From the NCBI RefSeq assembly GCF_947568905.1, contig NC_079172.1, positions 51,894,001 to 51,958,000 on the forward strand: a stretch of 64,000 bases of DNA. Direction: 5' to 3'. Position 1 is the first letter of the stretch. Every line of letters starts with the position of its first letter. The notes beneath the pieces were generated by a model that had not been told where the DNA came from, made no database searches, and was given only the letters and a program-made list of their open reading frames with translations. Source of the stretch: Ostrea edulis (Eukaryota). The translations under genes and the position numbers were made by a program. Positions 27,100-40,800 of this stretch are shown in pieces.

Positions 27100-29290
27100 T
27101 AGAACATAGACTGAACTCTATGATTATGGATGTTGCCAATCACAGGCTCTTTAAACCACCACGGGTCATGCCGCTAGTTCCTTAAGCTCAAATTTTCAAA
27201 GGAATAGATGCCGTCAACATAAGCAACATTCTTCTTCATAAAAAAGTTCAGTCGTGTATTCCAACTTATTTCAAGTTCAAGTCTACACCACGTATTCCCT
27301 ACAAATATACTTCTACTATTGCATACAAACTTTCTAATTATAAACAAACTTTGCAGTGCCTAGATATAGACCATCTTATACGTAATCCACCTACGTGTTC
27401 TTGTTCTTCATTTTCTTTCAACTATAGTCCAGCTGGACATGTCATTACTGGTGATGTTGATATAGTTGAAAGTGAGGACCTCAAATCACTTATTCTAAAA
27501 GGCCCTAAATACAGAGAACCCCGGTCTTTCAATTGGCGACAGAACTTCATTTCTATTATGAATTCTGTCGAGGATTATGCCAGACAGTGGGCTAAATATG
27601 AAAAATAAGAACTTGATACATTGTCAGAATGGATTCAAAGTATAAGAGAAATATTCAAATCCCGCATTAGACATATGAAAACAAAAGTACGTACCATCTA
27701 TCCTTCTGTGTTTAGTAAACCAGAAGTGATAAAAAGAATTAGATAGGTTACACGAGGAATATGTTTTGGTTCCAGCTGACAAAGCTTGTAGCAACATTGT
27801 CTTTGTAAGGCTCATTATTACAATTGTATTTTAAACGAACTTGGCATTACTTCCACTTGGGTAATCGTACCTATACTCTAACTGCCATTTCAGAAGACGA
27901 AATTCTTCGAAACCATGCTTCAGTTTTAGACACATTTAATATCCCAGTTAATGGGTCAGATGAATATGATTGTCCGTACTTATATTGTATTCCTAAACTA
28001 CATGAAAACCCTTACAACCAAAGATACATTGCTGGATCCAGTAAATGTTCTACCAAGGTCCTCACGAAAATATTAACAGCTGTGAAGGACAAACTTCAAA
28101 CGTACTCTGCGACTGCATATGCTAGAAGTGATGTTAATCAAATGTGGATTCTAAAATTTTTTAAAGAACTTTTAGTAAACTTGAAATCACAAAACTTTTC
28201 TCAAATCAACAACATCAAAATGTATGACTTTTCAACTCTTTACACGACGATTTCTCACGATAAATTAAAGACTAGACTTTGTGACATCATAGACAGTTGC
28301 TTCTTCAGCAAAAATGGAAAACGTAAATATTCCTATCTTGTGATCAGTCATCCAAAAATTACTTTGTTAAGCGCCACTCTGATTCCACGATACTCTGAAG
28401 TTAAAATAAAGAATATGCTGGAGTTCCTCAGTTCCTTCGTGGTCTTTGGTGATCAGGACTTCCAACAGTATGTTGGAATACCCATGGACACAAATTGTGC
28501 TCCTTTGTTAGCTGACCTGTTTTTATATTCCTATGAATCATACTTTATTAAAAAACTTCTACGTGAGAAGTAAAAATCTCGTGCTGTGGCCTTCAATTCG
28601 ACATTTAGATATATCGACGATGTATTATCTATTGACAATAATAATTTGCATTCATATGTCGATTCAATATATCCCAGTAAACTCGAAATAAAAGACACCG
28701 CACAGTCGTCCACATCTGCTTCATACTTAGATATTTTGTTGAAAGTAGATATTAACGGCAAACAACTCAACTTTATGACAAACGGGATGATTTCAACTTC
28801 TCCACCGTCAACTTCCCATATTTATGTAGAAATATTCCATTATCGCCTCCATATGGTGTTTACATCTCTCAACTGATTCGATACGCAAGAGCTTGTACTG
28901 CGTATGACCAGTTTTTAAATCGAAGCAGGCTACTGACAAATAAGTTGATGGTGCAGAGGTTCCAACAGTCTCGTTTTAAAATAAGCATTTCGCAAATTCT
29001 ATGGTCGTTATAACGATCTGGTCTGCCAACACAACCTATCATTGGGTCAAATGCTGTCTGACATGTTGATTGTTAGGCTGTTCTTGGCACACTGATTTTG
29101 ACTACGGGTAAATCCGTTTGCCTGATCAAGATATAGGGCTCACGATGAGTGTGACAGGGGATGCTTACTCCTCCTAGGCACCTGATCCCACCTCTGGTAT
29201 ATCCAGGGGTCCGTTTTTGCCCAACTCTCTAGTTTGAATTGCTTATAAGAGTTATGAGATTGATCACTGTTCATTGTCTTCGCCTTTCAT
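27100..29290 (+). mobile_element. Penelope-like retroelement, 5'-truncated, frameshifted RT pseudogene with 3' terminal repeat
   Basis: ORF pieces with YCIPKLHENP, MYDFSTLYTTISHD, VGIPMDTNCAPLLADLFLYSYE, FRYIDDVLS; tail GGGGATGCTTACTCCTCCTAGGCACCTGATCCCACC...TTCAT shared with several fragments in the window. Clade (possibly Naiad/Chlamys) is an inference. Confidence 0.85.
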
Positions 29291-30336
29291 GAATGGAAAT
29301 GGAAAATTTATACATGACATGTAATCAAAAGTAGTTTTAAATCTAGAGATGTTTTTCTGTTGTTCATGACAGAATAGAATATTTGGGGGGAAAGCATATG
29401 CTATACAATGTAAAACGCTTCTATTCTTCAAAACCTTAACCCATAATTTTTCGAAGATGTTTCGAAATTGATATTCAAGTTTATATGGAAAAGGGACAAT
29501 ATAAGAACACATCGATTGGACGTGTAGAGGAGGGAGGTGTGAATAATGTGGATAAAGCTCCATCGGTTAAAGGAATACCCAATAGCTCATGTCTAACACA
29601 TAATAGTTTAAAAGAGATGATTAAAATTTTCATCTATCCATGTTTGATATGATGAAAACAACAGGCTGTAACTTTTAAGGATATAGAATTTTGTAAATAG
29701 ATTCAGTTTCCACATTTTTTCTCTAGTTTTTTTTAAACATGTGAAAATGGTAAACACTTTACAATTTAAAGAAAGATGAAATCTTATTAGAATTTAAACT
29801 CTTTATTCAAATTCAAAGAGAAAAAGCATGTTTTGAAAACTGGATTCGAGATAATATTCCAGACGGTGTTTTATATTAGAGAAACATTTTGATAAGAGAA
29901 GAAATACGCAAGATATTTCATATTTTTCTTAAAAAAGAAAATTTTGAGCGAGTATTCATACTAGATAGGCTATGAAAGTCCATCTTGATGTATTTGATTT
30001 TTCAGAGACTGAGTACTTCCTCTTTACAGGAAATATAATAAGGACACTACATTGGCTAAAAGCGACTTTTATAATACAATAGATATAAAATTCCAAAGAC
30101 CGTTATTCGAATAAAAATGGAAACATTTTTCATCTTGAATTCGACGCAAATGATAAGACCACTGTATGGAAATGATGCCGCGGAGTTTAATTACAGCTCT
30201 ATTTCATGGCCATTTTGAATAATGATTGCAAATGGAATGCAGATTTATCTTCAATGTCCATTTGTTTTAAAACACTCAACACCTTTTATTGGAGTGTGAT
30301 CTTGTAAAACATATGTAACGCGCCAAACATAAACTA

Positions 30337-31166
30337 TGGCCATCCCTTTTACTATTCATTCGAAAAACAAGATATATCTCTCTTTCACTTAGTCACTCTT
30401 TGATCGTTGAAAAAGAGATATCTCTCTAAGAGAAAGAGGTATCTCTTCCCAAATTGTTTTTATTAGTTTGAATACTTAAGGAATTCTCCCTAAACCAGAA
30501 GCCCGCCAATGCCAACTTACCATGATGGTTGCAATCTTGGGCGAAGATTTTGCGTTTACTGCATGTGAAGTTGTGTACAGGTAACAAAAACGAAGACAAT
30601 AAATTGATAAAATATGTGAGCTAGACTGGATTTAGATTTATTTTATCCAAACCACCTCTTCAACCTTTCCCCCTTTTTACACTAGAAGTATTTTGATTGG
30701 TTAGAAAATAGGGTTACATCATATTAATGGCGATGCAACAGCTAGAAATCATTATGATCACCGGGAAAAAACATCTGTTTGATTTAAATTTAAATAGATA
30801 TCTGTTTTTGAATATTTAAAGAGATATCTTTCTAACTTAAAAAGATATATCTTTTTACATTGATAAAGATATATCTCTTTAAGTTAGAGAGATATCTCTT
30901 TGTCGTTGAGAGATATCTCTCTAGCTTTAAGAGATACCTCTCAAAGAGAATGATATATCTCCCTAATGTAAAGATATGTCTCTTTTGGTTAAAGAAATAT
31001 ATTTTTTAGTTTGGTTACAGCGATATCTCCCTATCGTAGAAAGATATCTCTCTAACTTACAGATATATCTCTACAACCAATAGATATATCTCTCTGGTGT
31101 AAAGAGATATTTCTCTTATTTAAAGTGATATCTTATTTTACGAATAAATTGTAAAAGGACTTGCCA
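30337..31166. mobile_element. MITE with about 38-bp TIRs, TA flanks and internal AGATAT(A)TCT arrays
   Basis: TGGCCATCCCTTTTACTATTCATTCGAAAAACAAGATAT vs reverse complement of right end TGGCAAGTCCTTTTACAATTTATTCGTAAAATAAGATAT. Confidence 0.75.
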
Positions 31167-31254
31167 TATATAACGTCAACAGACGCATCAAAATATTAAG
31201 GCGTGAAAGCGGACTTCTCGTTTGCCACGTGTTTCACTAAAACCGTGTTTGAAC

Positions 31255-31480
31255 AATGTAAAACTTACACAGTACCAATTTTGATGCACCAGATGCGCAT
31301 TTCGACAACTAATGTCTCTTCAGTGATGCTAAACCGAAATGTTTAAAATCCGAAATAATGATAAACTTGCTAAAGCTACTTTAGGGAAAAACAGTCTGCC
31401 AAAAAGTGAAGTCAAATTCATCTAAGGATAAGAGCTTTGCATGAGAGAGATAATCCTTAAATTTGAAATGAATTTCTATG
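31255..31480 (-). mobile_element. Partial retrozyme-like unit
   Basis: Homologous to the first about 220 bp of the 56455-56927 repeat, includes one hammerhead. Confidence 0.7.
31286..31329 (-). ncRNA. Minimal type I hammerhead ribozyme (intact core, solitary)
   Basis: GCATCA CTGAAGA GACA TTAGT TGTC GAAA TGCGC ATC TGGTGC; only loop II differs. Confidence 0.8.
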
Positions 31481-32017
31481 TAAATAAAAAACAATTTACA
31501 GTGTTATCGAGGAGTCTTGGAGCATTTTTATATTGTCAAAGATAAATTTCCCTATCGTCAATCAGTTGCGTCAAACTTCTGGGTTGTATACGTACTGGTG
31601 TGGGATTCTTTTTAAAATGAAAACAAGTCAGTAATACTGTTCAATAAAACTGTACAAATGATGTAAACTATACATTTTGAAGTCGTTTTTTTCCACATAT
31701 TTTGCACAGAAATCACAAAATATCGTTCCGTCATATCTGAGGACGACAATTTTTCTTCCTTTTTTTTCTCAGTTTTGAAGGAAAATACGTTTTGCATACA
31801 AAAACGGGAACGAAGTGGAAAATAAATAATCCACTGCGAGTTTTAGATAACATGGTCATAACAGGATTTTATGGATTGTTGTTGTTGATAATGTAAACAT
31901 AGGTGTGTCACCTTACACCTCTTTCAAATGTCAATCAAGTCGGGCAAGAATATACTATGGTTCAATATACTGTAGGTAAATGATGATATTATCAACAAGG
32001 TGTCTCTGACAGGTATT

Positions 32018-32135
32018 ATTGAAAGGTGAAGGTAGCGAACAGAGATCAATCTCGTAACTCCTATAAGGAATACAAAATAGAGAGTTGGGCAAACACGGGC
32101 CCTGGATATACCAGAGATGAGATCAGGTGTATAAG
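32018..32135 (-). mobile_element. Penelope-like 3' tail fragment
   Basis: Reverse complement of the 29170-29290 tail. Confidence 0.7.
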
Positions 32136-34134
32136 TAACTTTTTAAAGGTAGGTTCTCTGCATAATGTAATCGTCGACTATCAGTGGAATATCAGATATC
32201 TGAAGTTGTTATTTCATGCTATTTTAAAAGTGCATACCCGAGGATGAGTGGACATTTTTCAATCTGCTAACACAAACTCGCTAGAATTCGATATTGTAAA
32301 TCAAAAGGACGCTGTTCACTTGATTTTACAATGAACTCATGGTGACCTTATATATCGCATAATACAGATATTTTATAAATGATATAATATGTTGTTATTT
32401 TATCATTAACGAAACGCGGAATCTAGAATACCAGTAGTGTATTCATTTGATAAATGATTAAAAAAAAATCTAAAGTGAATTTTTTTAAAAATTAAAATCT
32501 TACATAGGTATATCCTTCTATCTGTGCTTCTTACTAATGGTTATATAGTTCATGTTTTATATGAATATAGATATACATTCTAATTTTTCTCTGATTATGT
32601 TGAAGGAGCTAGATGAACTAAGAAATGGACATTTTGGAGTCAGTGACAGAAAACGTAGACTAAACTTTGTGGACAAAAAGTTTTCGCGTTCATAATTCTA
32701 AAACCTTGTCAGTAAATAGAAGGAAAACTTTACAAAACTTAACAGTATACCGATACTGTAAACAATTTCACCTAAGGAAGGTCTTTGCTTGGCTCGTCAC
32801 ATATATAGGTAAAAATAAACAACTTTGCATTGTGATCTGAATTGGAAGAGTATCATGCATGATAATTTTAACAAGAACAACTAAAAAGGAAAAACGAAAA
32901 CAATCATAATGAATGCTTTTATATATTTTATTTGTTTTACTATATGCAAATGTAAAATGAAATTTAGCTTGGATAATGAATTGGAAAGAAAATTGGTTAT
33001 GTAAGATGAAAAACAGTCACCGTGTTAGATTGCAAAATGATACATGTTTTTTAAAACTCATAAATAAATAAATGTCGACATTAAGATAATTTGTATAATA
33101 ATTTGGGAAGGCAGTTACATAAAAAATATATATGATGACCTATGTGCACTTTGTTATGCAATGTTGTTAATTAATATGATTTTGAATAAAAGAGAAAAGA
33201 AAGTACTACATGAGGACCATGTCGAAGTTGTCGAAATAGGGAGCTGCAACTACACTCATTGGGTGATATTTTAATCTTTCTGAAAACGACACACATATTC
33301 TTATAACTTTTCAGTTAATACTTATTTCCGAGAATTTCCATTATTCTGGATGTGTACATTTTTGTCTCTGATGAATAAATAGAACATCTTTTGAATGAAA
33401 AAAAAAATCGTTAAGCAAGTTTCTAAAATTTCTTCTGCCCCAAAATATAGTACCTTTGTTGAGCAATACATTTCCAAATATTTATTAAAAATCGTATATT
33501 AAGGAGCAAAAACTCTATTATGCTGAAACAAACTTCTGATATACACAGTACAATTAATCAGACCTACAAATGTTGTGCAAATTTCAGGCCGTGTATCTTT
33601 AAGATATCAAACACAATATTTGTCAATAATAATGAAAAATAATCAACCGGATAATGTACAACAACTGTAAGTTTACATGTATTAATCTAGTTCATCATAC
33701 ACTTATCAGATGGCCATGAAAATGTATATCACATATACAAAAACTATCTTGCAAAAGGTGATGGTTCTTATACATGTCGGTGAATTATTTGAAAAACTGT
33801 TATAATCACGATAGACAATATGGCAATTCATAATTAAGCACACCGTAAATATTTCCATCTGCAACAAACTCATTTACAAAACAATTCTCCGAGGATTTTG
33901 TGTCTTTTATATTTTTGGTCGTCAAGGCAGATACCACATATGCATTTGCAGTGTATAAGGAATATGATAAGTTCAATATGATGTTATGTTGCTTCAGTTT
34001 TTGGGCAATACCAGAATTTGAGCTTGCACCAGGTCTGATATTTTCAACAAATGATTGATTAATACAACATGTAGTTATGGGCTTTACATTACATATACAT
34101 GTATAAAAGGATGTCTCAAACTATATAAAATATG

Positions 34135-34195
<61 letters not shown>

Positions 34196-34858
34196 CGAAA
34201 AGGGCACGACACTGTTGGTTATTTAAATATCCGACACTTTAAGAAAATAGGGTGTTGTTGGGTTTTTGTGCTTATATATATATATATATATCACTGCAAG
34301 ACATATTGCGAACAGACACCACAAGATGCAAGACCTATTGCAAACAGTCGGAATTAGGAGTTAAATGAATTCATAAATTGTAGGATGTTTTGTCTCTGAA
34401 TTACTTTTTATATGAACTGCTACTTCAATTTTTACAAAATCACTTTTGAATGATGATTTAAGAATCACTCAGAAAAATATGAACTTAATATTGCAGTTGA
34501 TGTATGTTGGGAGAGGGCTAAAATAGGCTGTGCCATTCATTTTGTGAATAAAATATTGTTTAAATAGATGTTGTGTGGCTTTTGGTAGATCATAGTCTTC
34601 TAATGTGCTGTGGGCTGGAATCTCTGCGGACCTTTCTACAGCTTCTCATGTGTTGTGGGTTGGAGCTGTTCGTCTGTCCGCCATTTGCCTCGGTAGCTAC
34701 AATAACGTTCGTCTTCATTAAATTACTCTCTTTTTAGATAATATGTCCTCCCTTTCTCAAATATATACAACATGTACATACCACATGCAAGACACATTGT
34801 ATTCATACTAAAATATCATTAACATTTCAAACTGTATGTAAATCTGAAATCTCCAAGT

Positions 34859-34889
34859 TCATGTTGTCGTACTGATGTCCCCGAACAAT
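34859..34889 (-). CDS. Gene 2 putative terminal coding exon
   Basis: tttgatcacag|ATTG acceptor; in phase 2 reads LFGDISTTT*. Frame/identity uncertain. Confidence 0.45.
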
Positions 34890-37800
34890 CTGTGATCAAA
34901 TGTAATTACGATTGTAATTTATACAGAAACATGTCTTACTGCCCGATAACAAAGAAAATTATTTACTAAATTATCTAAATGAATACCTGTAAATACGTCC
35001 TAACTTCCTAACTTCCGAGGAATTATCTTTGGAAAAAGAAGTTTCTACACAATCTTCTTTTTGAACCGACTCAGGTATAGCATAAGCCTTGTGGTCAAAA
35101 GAGCCCAGTAACGTGGAATCGTGCTCCGTCAAGTATTCTTTTGTTCCGGAAGCTTGTAGTCTAGATTATGAAAATGAATCATCTTAGATTTTGTACAAAT
35201 GAGCAAGGATTCTTCAACCTTACTATTAAGATAATTCAGATCAATGTTACAAAAATATTGTTAACAATTACCGATAAACTACTCCGGGTTTGGATATTGT
35301 TGAACTTTCAATGCCAAACGATTGCTCTGTAGCATTATGATCCGTTGTCACAAATGCTGACTTCCCATTAGTTTCATAGATAATTTGAGATGGTTCTAAT
35401 TGGACCTGCCTAACATCAAGAAATTCATTTCACAGAAATATGTTGCTACACATTTAATAAAGAAATACATGTTATGAATTACGGATGTAGATGTATTATA
35501 CCTGACGATAAACCATGTGAACCGACTGTTACATGTGTTATTCATGTGCGAGATTTACGAGCATCTTTTTCTTATGTGACTTTGAATGGAATATGAGAGA
35601 AAGTCATTCACAATTTTATAGGTATACCTGTAAACACGACTTGATTTCACAGCTTCCAAGGATCCGTCCCTGAATAAGGTACCTCCACTTTCCTTGGTCT
35701 GAACTGACTCAAATATTTCATCCGTCTTTTGGCTAATAGTGGTTTGCAATCTAGAATCTTGCTCCGTTAAATATTCTCTTGTTCCGTCTGCTTTTAATCT
35801 GAATTATATATAGATAATCATCTGATTATTTCTAGTCAAAGAAGAATGATGACTCGTACAACTAATATACTTTACTTAATCATTATGCATGCATGTTTCA
35901 ATTCCTCAAATTTTCAAATATCAAAAATATCTTTCAAAATGTATTTACTTGTACACTACTCCTCCGGGTTTGTAAAATATGACACCTTCGACACCAGTTG
36001 AGGCATTTTTATCATCATCATCATGAGATAGAAAGCCCGATTTCCCATACACTTCTTGTTTAATTTTTTGTGACTCTAATTCGACCTGCCTAATGTGCAT
36101 AATATATTTATGGCACGATATTCAAAAAATCAATGTGAGCATCACAAATTATGTCCAGATCTATGCACTTTGAAAAAATATTACAAAATGTAGTAATCCG
36201 TATTCAAAATCAGTATGTAAAGAACGGTCTTGAACCCAGTGTTTTACATTCACTTTTCTGATTCTCTGATATAAATACTTATTAGAATACTAGTATAAAC
36301 TGCACCTGTACACAACCCCTGGTTTGTAAAATATTGCACTTTCATCATCACCAAAATGAACGGTCGCCTCACCACCATTTGCTGCCATAAATGCTGAATT
36401 ACCACGAGGAACATGTTTCATTTGTGATTTATCCAATTCCACCTGTCTAATATGCATAAAAAGGATACAATACCATTCTCAAATGATATGAAAAGCTGAT
36501 TGTGAAGTAAAAGTTGAAACGTGACGTAATCATTGTCGTATTAATTATATGGACTTTGATTTGCTTGAAAGGAAATCATACTTGGAAACATTTCTTAACA
36601 CTGTACATTTACATGTATACCTGTAATTAAGTCCTGATTTTTCAACATATGAGGACTTGTCTGTCGATAAAATAGAGCCTTTGCCCTCTACATTCCAATC
36701 TGATTCAACTTTAGCTTTCGAATTGTAGTGAATATAGGGACCCTGCTCAGTTGAATTTTCTGTTCTTCCAGATGCTTCAACCCTAGGTTTGAAACGTACT
36801 GATATCTATTTAATCTGTTAATCTGACATACTTCTACACATGTACATTATTTGATTAATGAGAATTTTCGAAACTATTTACATAATGCATAACTGTACCT
36901 GTCTACGAAATCTCCAGACCTGTGAAATGTTGTACGTTCGATGCCTACAACATGAGTTTTCTCGCTACCATTTGTTGACACTAGTACCGGACTTCCAGTA
37001 CCTGCGTAATTCATATTTGGTGGCTCCAAATCCGACGGCTTTAGATCTACTAAACTTTGTTGTTTACCTCCTAATTGGTTATGTCTATTAAGCACTAGTT
37101 TCTGTTCCTTCTCTTCCAAGAAATCCAGACTCTTTCGTGTGCTTTCCACACTTTTCGACATTTGATGTTTAGTTAATTTAGTACTTGATTCTTCGTTGAC
37201 TTCCCCTTGTTTATCGTAAACAAAGCATTCGTCTGCTCTCTCAGATATATGAGGAATTGTATGGGTTTGTTTTGTATCGTCTTCTTTGAATATAATACAA
37301 TCGTTTTGTTTTCCATCTGAAATTTGCTCTTTGATCAGGTGATCTCTCTTCTGGTCTCTTTCACGTGGAAGCCATTCGGATCTGATTTCATAGCTGTTCT
37401 CACCACTTCTCTTGGAATCTGTTTCGCTCTTTTTCAGATGACCCTCCACATTTGATATCGTGTCATGTAGGATCAAAGACGATCCACCTACATGAGGATT
37501 TCTTGAATCCTGTTTCACTTCTGTATGGTAGATATAAGCAGATCTATCATCTGAGTCCTGTTGTTTAATCGGAACAGTTCCTTTCTGATCCCTTTCATCT
37601 GGGAGCCAAATTGTTTTAATTTCATATACCTGGTCTCTGCTTTTCTTTGGTTCTACCTCTTTCTTTATCATGGTAGGTACTACCTCTGTTGAACTTAGCC
37701 AAACAGTTGCACATTTTTCACTCTGATCCTCATCACTGTCATTTTGTAGCCACAAGGTTTCTTCTTGTACTTCAAAGCCAAGACTATCTCCAATTATTTT

Positions 37801-40800
37801 GTCTTTTGAGATATTTGTCACACTGGTCTGCTGTATCTCGGACGTAATGTTTGATCCACCATTCATATAACCAAAAACATTATCTCGCCTCATTTCTTCT
37901 CCACAACTGACACTAACTGTGCTTTGCGTGCCTTTCTCTTTCATCCCCTTATGAAGCCACTCAGTATTTTCATAACCTTCATTAGTATATGCATGTGTGT
38001 TCATTTGATCATCTGTGAAGTGCATGATACTACTTTGTGTATTTAGTGAGGGTTTATCAACGAAATCTGTCTGAGAACTACTATGAACTGATTTCTGATC
38101 TCTTCTTGAGGCATAACCAACAACCACAGTCTGAGCTACTTTATCATTGGCTGTGCAGTACGGACAAACCATTTGATTTCCTACTGACCGATGAACAGCC
38201 AATGAATCCTTATTGGCTTGTATGCCAGAAGCACTCCACTCAGATCTTCCAGATGCTACATTATTAATTGTAGTGACGCCCCCACTTTTTAATTCAAAAT
38301 TACCATTTTCTATTGAATTTTCTGATAGCAATCTTAGAGAAGAGGAATTCACAGCATGATGTTTCTGTTTATTTGATGAAGCCTGGTAAACAGCAATATC
38401 TGGTTCATCGCTTTCGACTGGAACCCAAACTGTCGTTTTCTTTGACCTATTCCCAACAAAGGAATTTTCCTTACCATCCGCTCGTTGGTTGGATAGCGTA
38501 TTGTGGACCTTGTATTGTGCAGTTTCATATTTTTTGATTCCAGAGACTCCGCTAGCAGATGCTTTTTTACTAGACTCATTGTATTTCATGTTTTCATGAA
38601 TAATACGGTTTGGGTCTGAACTTGTGGCCTGATGTTTAATTTGGGATATCTGTTCTGACTGGTTTATCATTGGATTTGATACTGCCTCTTCACGATATCT
38701 TCTGGTGTATGCTCTGTTTTCATTTATCATTGGTGGCATAAAGTATTGAGACTCATATGCTTCATACCTTAGAAATAAACGATATGGTAAATAACCAATT
38801 AATGTATATTTTATTTTGCCTATTATACTTCACTGTAATGCTTTAATTTATGGAATTAAGATAATTAAGATGAAAATGAACATCCACACTACCTGTTCAC
38901 CTGCCACCTTGGTTCCTGGTACACAGAGTAATATCTGTAAGCAGGTGCTCTACCCTGGTGCCAGTAAACTGGATTCAACACAGTTTTTTTGAAGGCTCTG
39001 TTCGTATCTTCATAGTCAGTACTTGAATCCAAGGTTTCTAAACGTACAAAACGTTTCTTTTTCTTTCGTCGTCTGCACCTGTGGAAAAACAAGAGTCTCA
39101 TAGGCCTTATCAATCACCTGAGTATTAGTTAAAAGTACCACTAACTCCAACGGCTATGAAAGATTTTCTTGTTCTGTCCATCTTAGCGAAATTCTAATAT
39201 TAAGCAGCAGTATACAACAAGATGTGTTCTTAAAGGTACATGTGTACTAATAATTACATTTTTGTTTCTAAACTAACATGGATAATATATCTATAATGGC
39301 GATATATAGTAACTCGTGCAACGTAAACTGTTTAAACACAGAAGGGTAGTTAGACACAGATCCAAGAATTGCCGTTGAAATAGCACGTAGTCACGTGATC
39401 AGAAATAGATTCGTTTAGGAGAGACAGACCGTTTTTTAGAACTAAAAATTATTTTCATTTGTATCTCAACAACCGTAGTTTTTTGTATGCATATTTAATA
39501 CTTTTTAGTTTCACATTCATAGAATACCGTAGTGATATCTTTTATTCAAACCTACCATAAAATTTGGAAGATATGTACCTTTAAAACACAAAGCACCTGA
39601 AAGTGTCGATATTGATAAAAGACTTTACATACTATAATATACTGTATATAACATTAACACTATATGACTATTTTGGACTCGCTCTAGAGACAAAACATTT
39701 ACTTTTAGGAAATTCACAATTTTGGTGCATTCCTTTCAACTCTTCTTAATTATGGATCTAGTTTTTATACAGTATCAGTAAATTAAAGAAGGCTTTCTTA
39801 TGATAGAGACAATGATAACTATGTTAATTTTGGTCACACCCTGGAACTAAAACCCTTACCCCTGGGATCATAAAACTTACAATTATAAGAAAGGGCAACC
39901 TACTCCATTTAAACATATATTTTGTTTCAATTTACTATCAATATATCAATAGTCTTCAGTCCCGTGGGAATGCGGGTTAGAATAGGTCCTCAGTACCCTC
40001 TTGCTTGTCGTAGGAGGCGACTTAATGGGATGGTCCTTTGTATGAAACCGCAAAAACATGCCCAAAGACCATAAGCGCCGAGCATAAGCCAAAATTTTTG
40101 CAGCCCTTCACTGTCAATAGCGACGTTTCCATGTGAGTGAAAAAATTCTCGAGAGGGATAATTAACAATATACAATCAATCATCAATCAATAGCATAAAT
40201 GTAATTGAAATTTCTTACACATAAACGCTACATGTACAGTGTATATATCAAGTTTGGCAAGGTAGTTATGAAAAAGAAATTAACAATGTTGAATTCTTAA
40301 CACACGAAGGACGACGATGGATGTAGACCGATAGCAAAAGGTCATCTGATTGGCCTACGTGACCTAAAATTGGATATTACCTTATTGACATATCATCATA
40401 GGATAACTAGGATGAAAAATCAATAAAAAAAAACTTGCTTGTAAAAGACAGTACATGTTTGTTTTTGAAAAACGAATTACAGATGTGATAATAATTATTT
40501 CTCCATTTGGCAATATGTTCAGACTTACCCTATCAATAAACATATGAAAATAACGGCACTGAACAATGATCCGGATACCACTGATATAGAAATGATCGCA
40601 GCATCCGTTCTCAAAAGTGACGCCTCTTTGCATTGTGGGACGAATGGAGGTACTGTAGTTGTTGGTTCTGATAGACATAAATAAGATCAGTTTAAAGAAT
40701 CACACCAAGTACATAATGTGGATAAGAAAGACTGAGATTTGATATAATTGTTCCATAAATCTGATTTGCTAATATATCATTATGATAAAGATATGAAGAT

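Noticed and set aside
34827-34889. Alternative frame of last exon ending ...YDNMNLEISDLHTV* (Tyr motif plus PDZ-like end)
   Set aside because: Needs a phase-0 incoming junction; the preceding exons all end in phase 2 and no intervening exon was found.
40381-40406. 26-nt candidate mini-exon (LSYDDMSIR) that with a cryptic donor at 40579 would skip the TM helix
   Set aside because: Requires a weak GTATCC donor in place of the perfect GTAAGT at 40528; no supporting evidence without transcript data.
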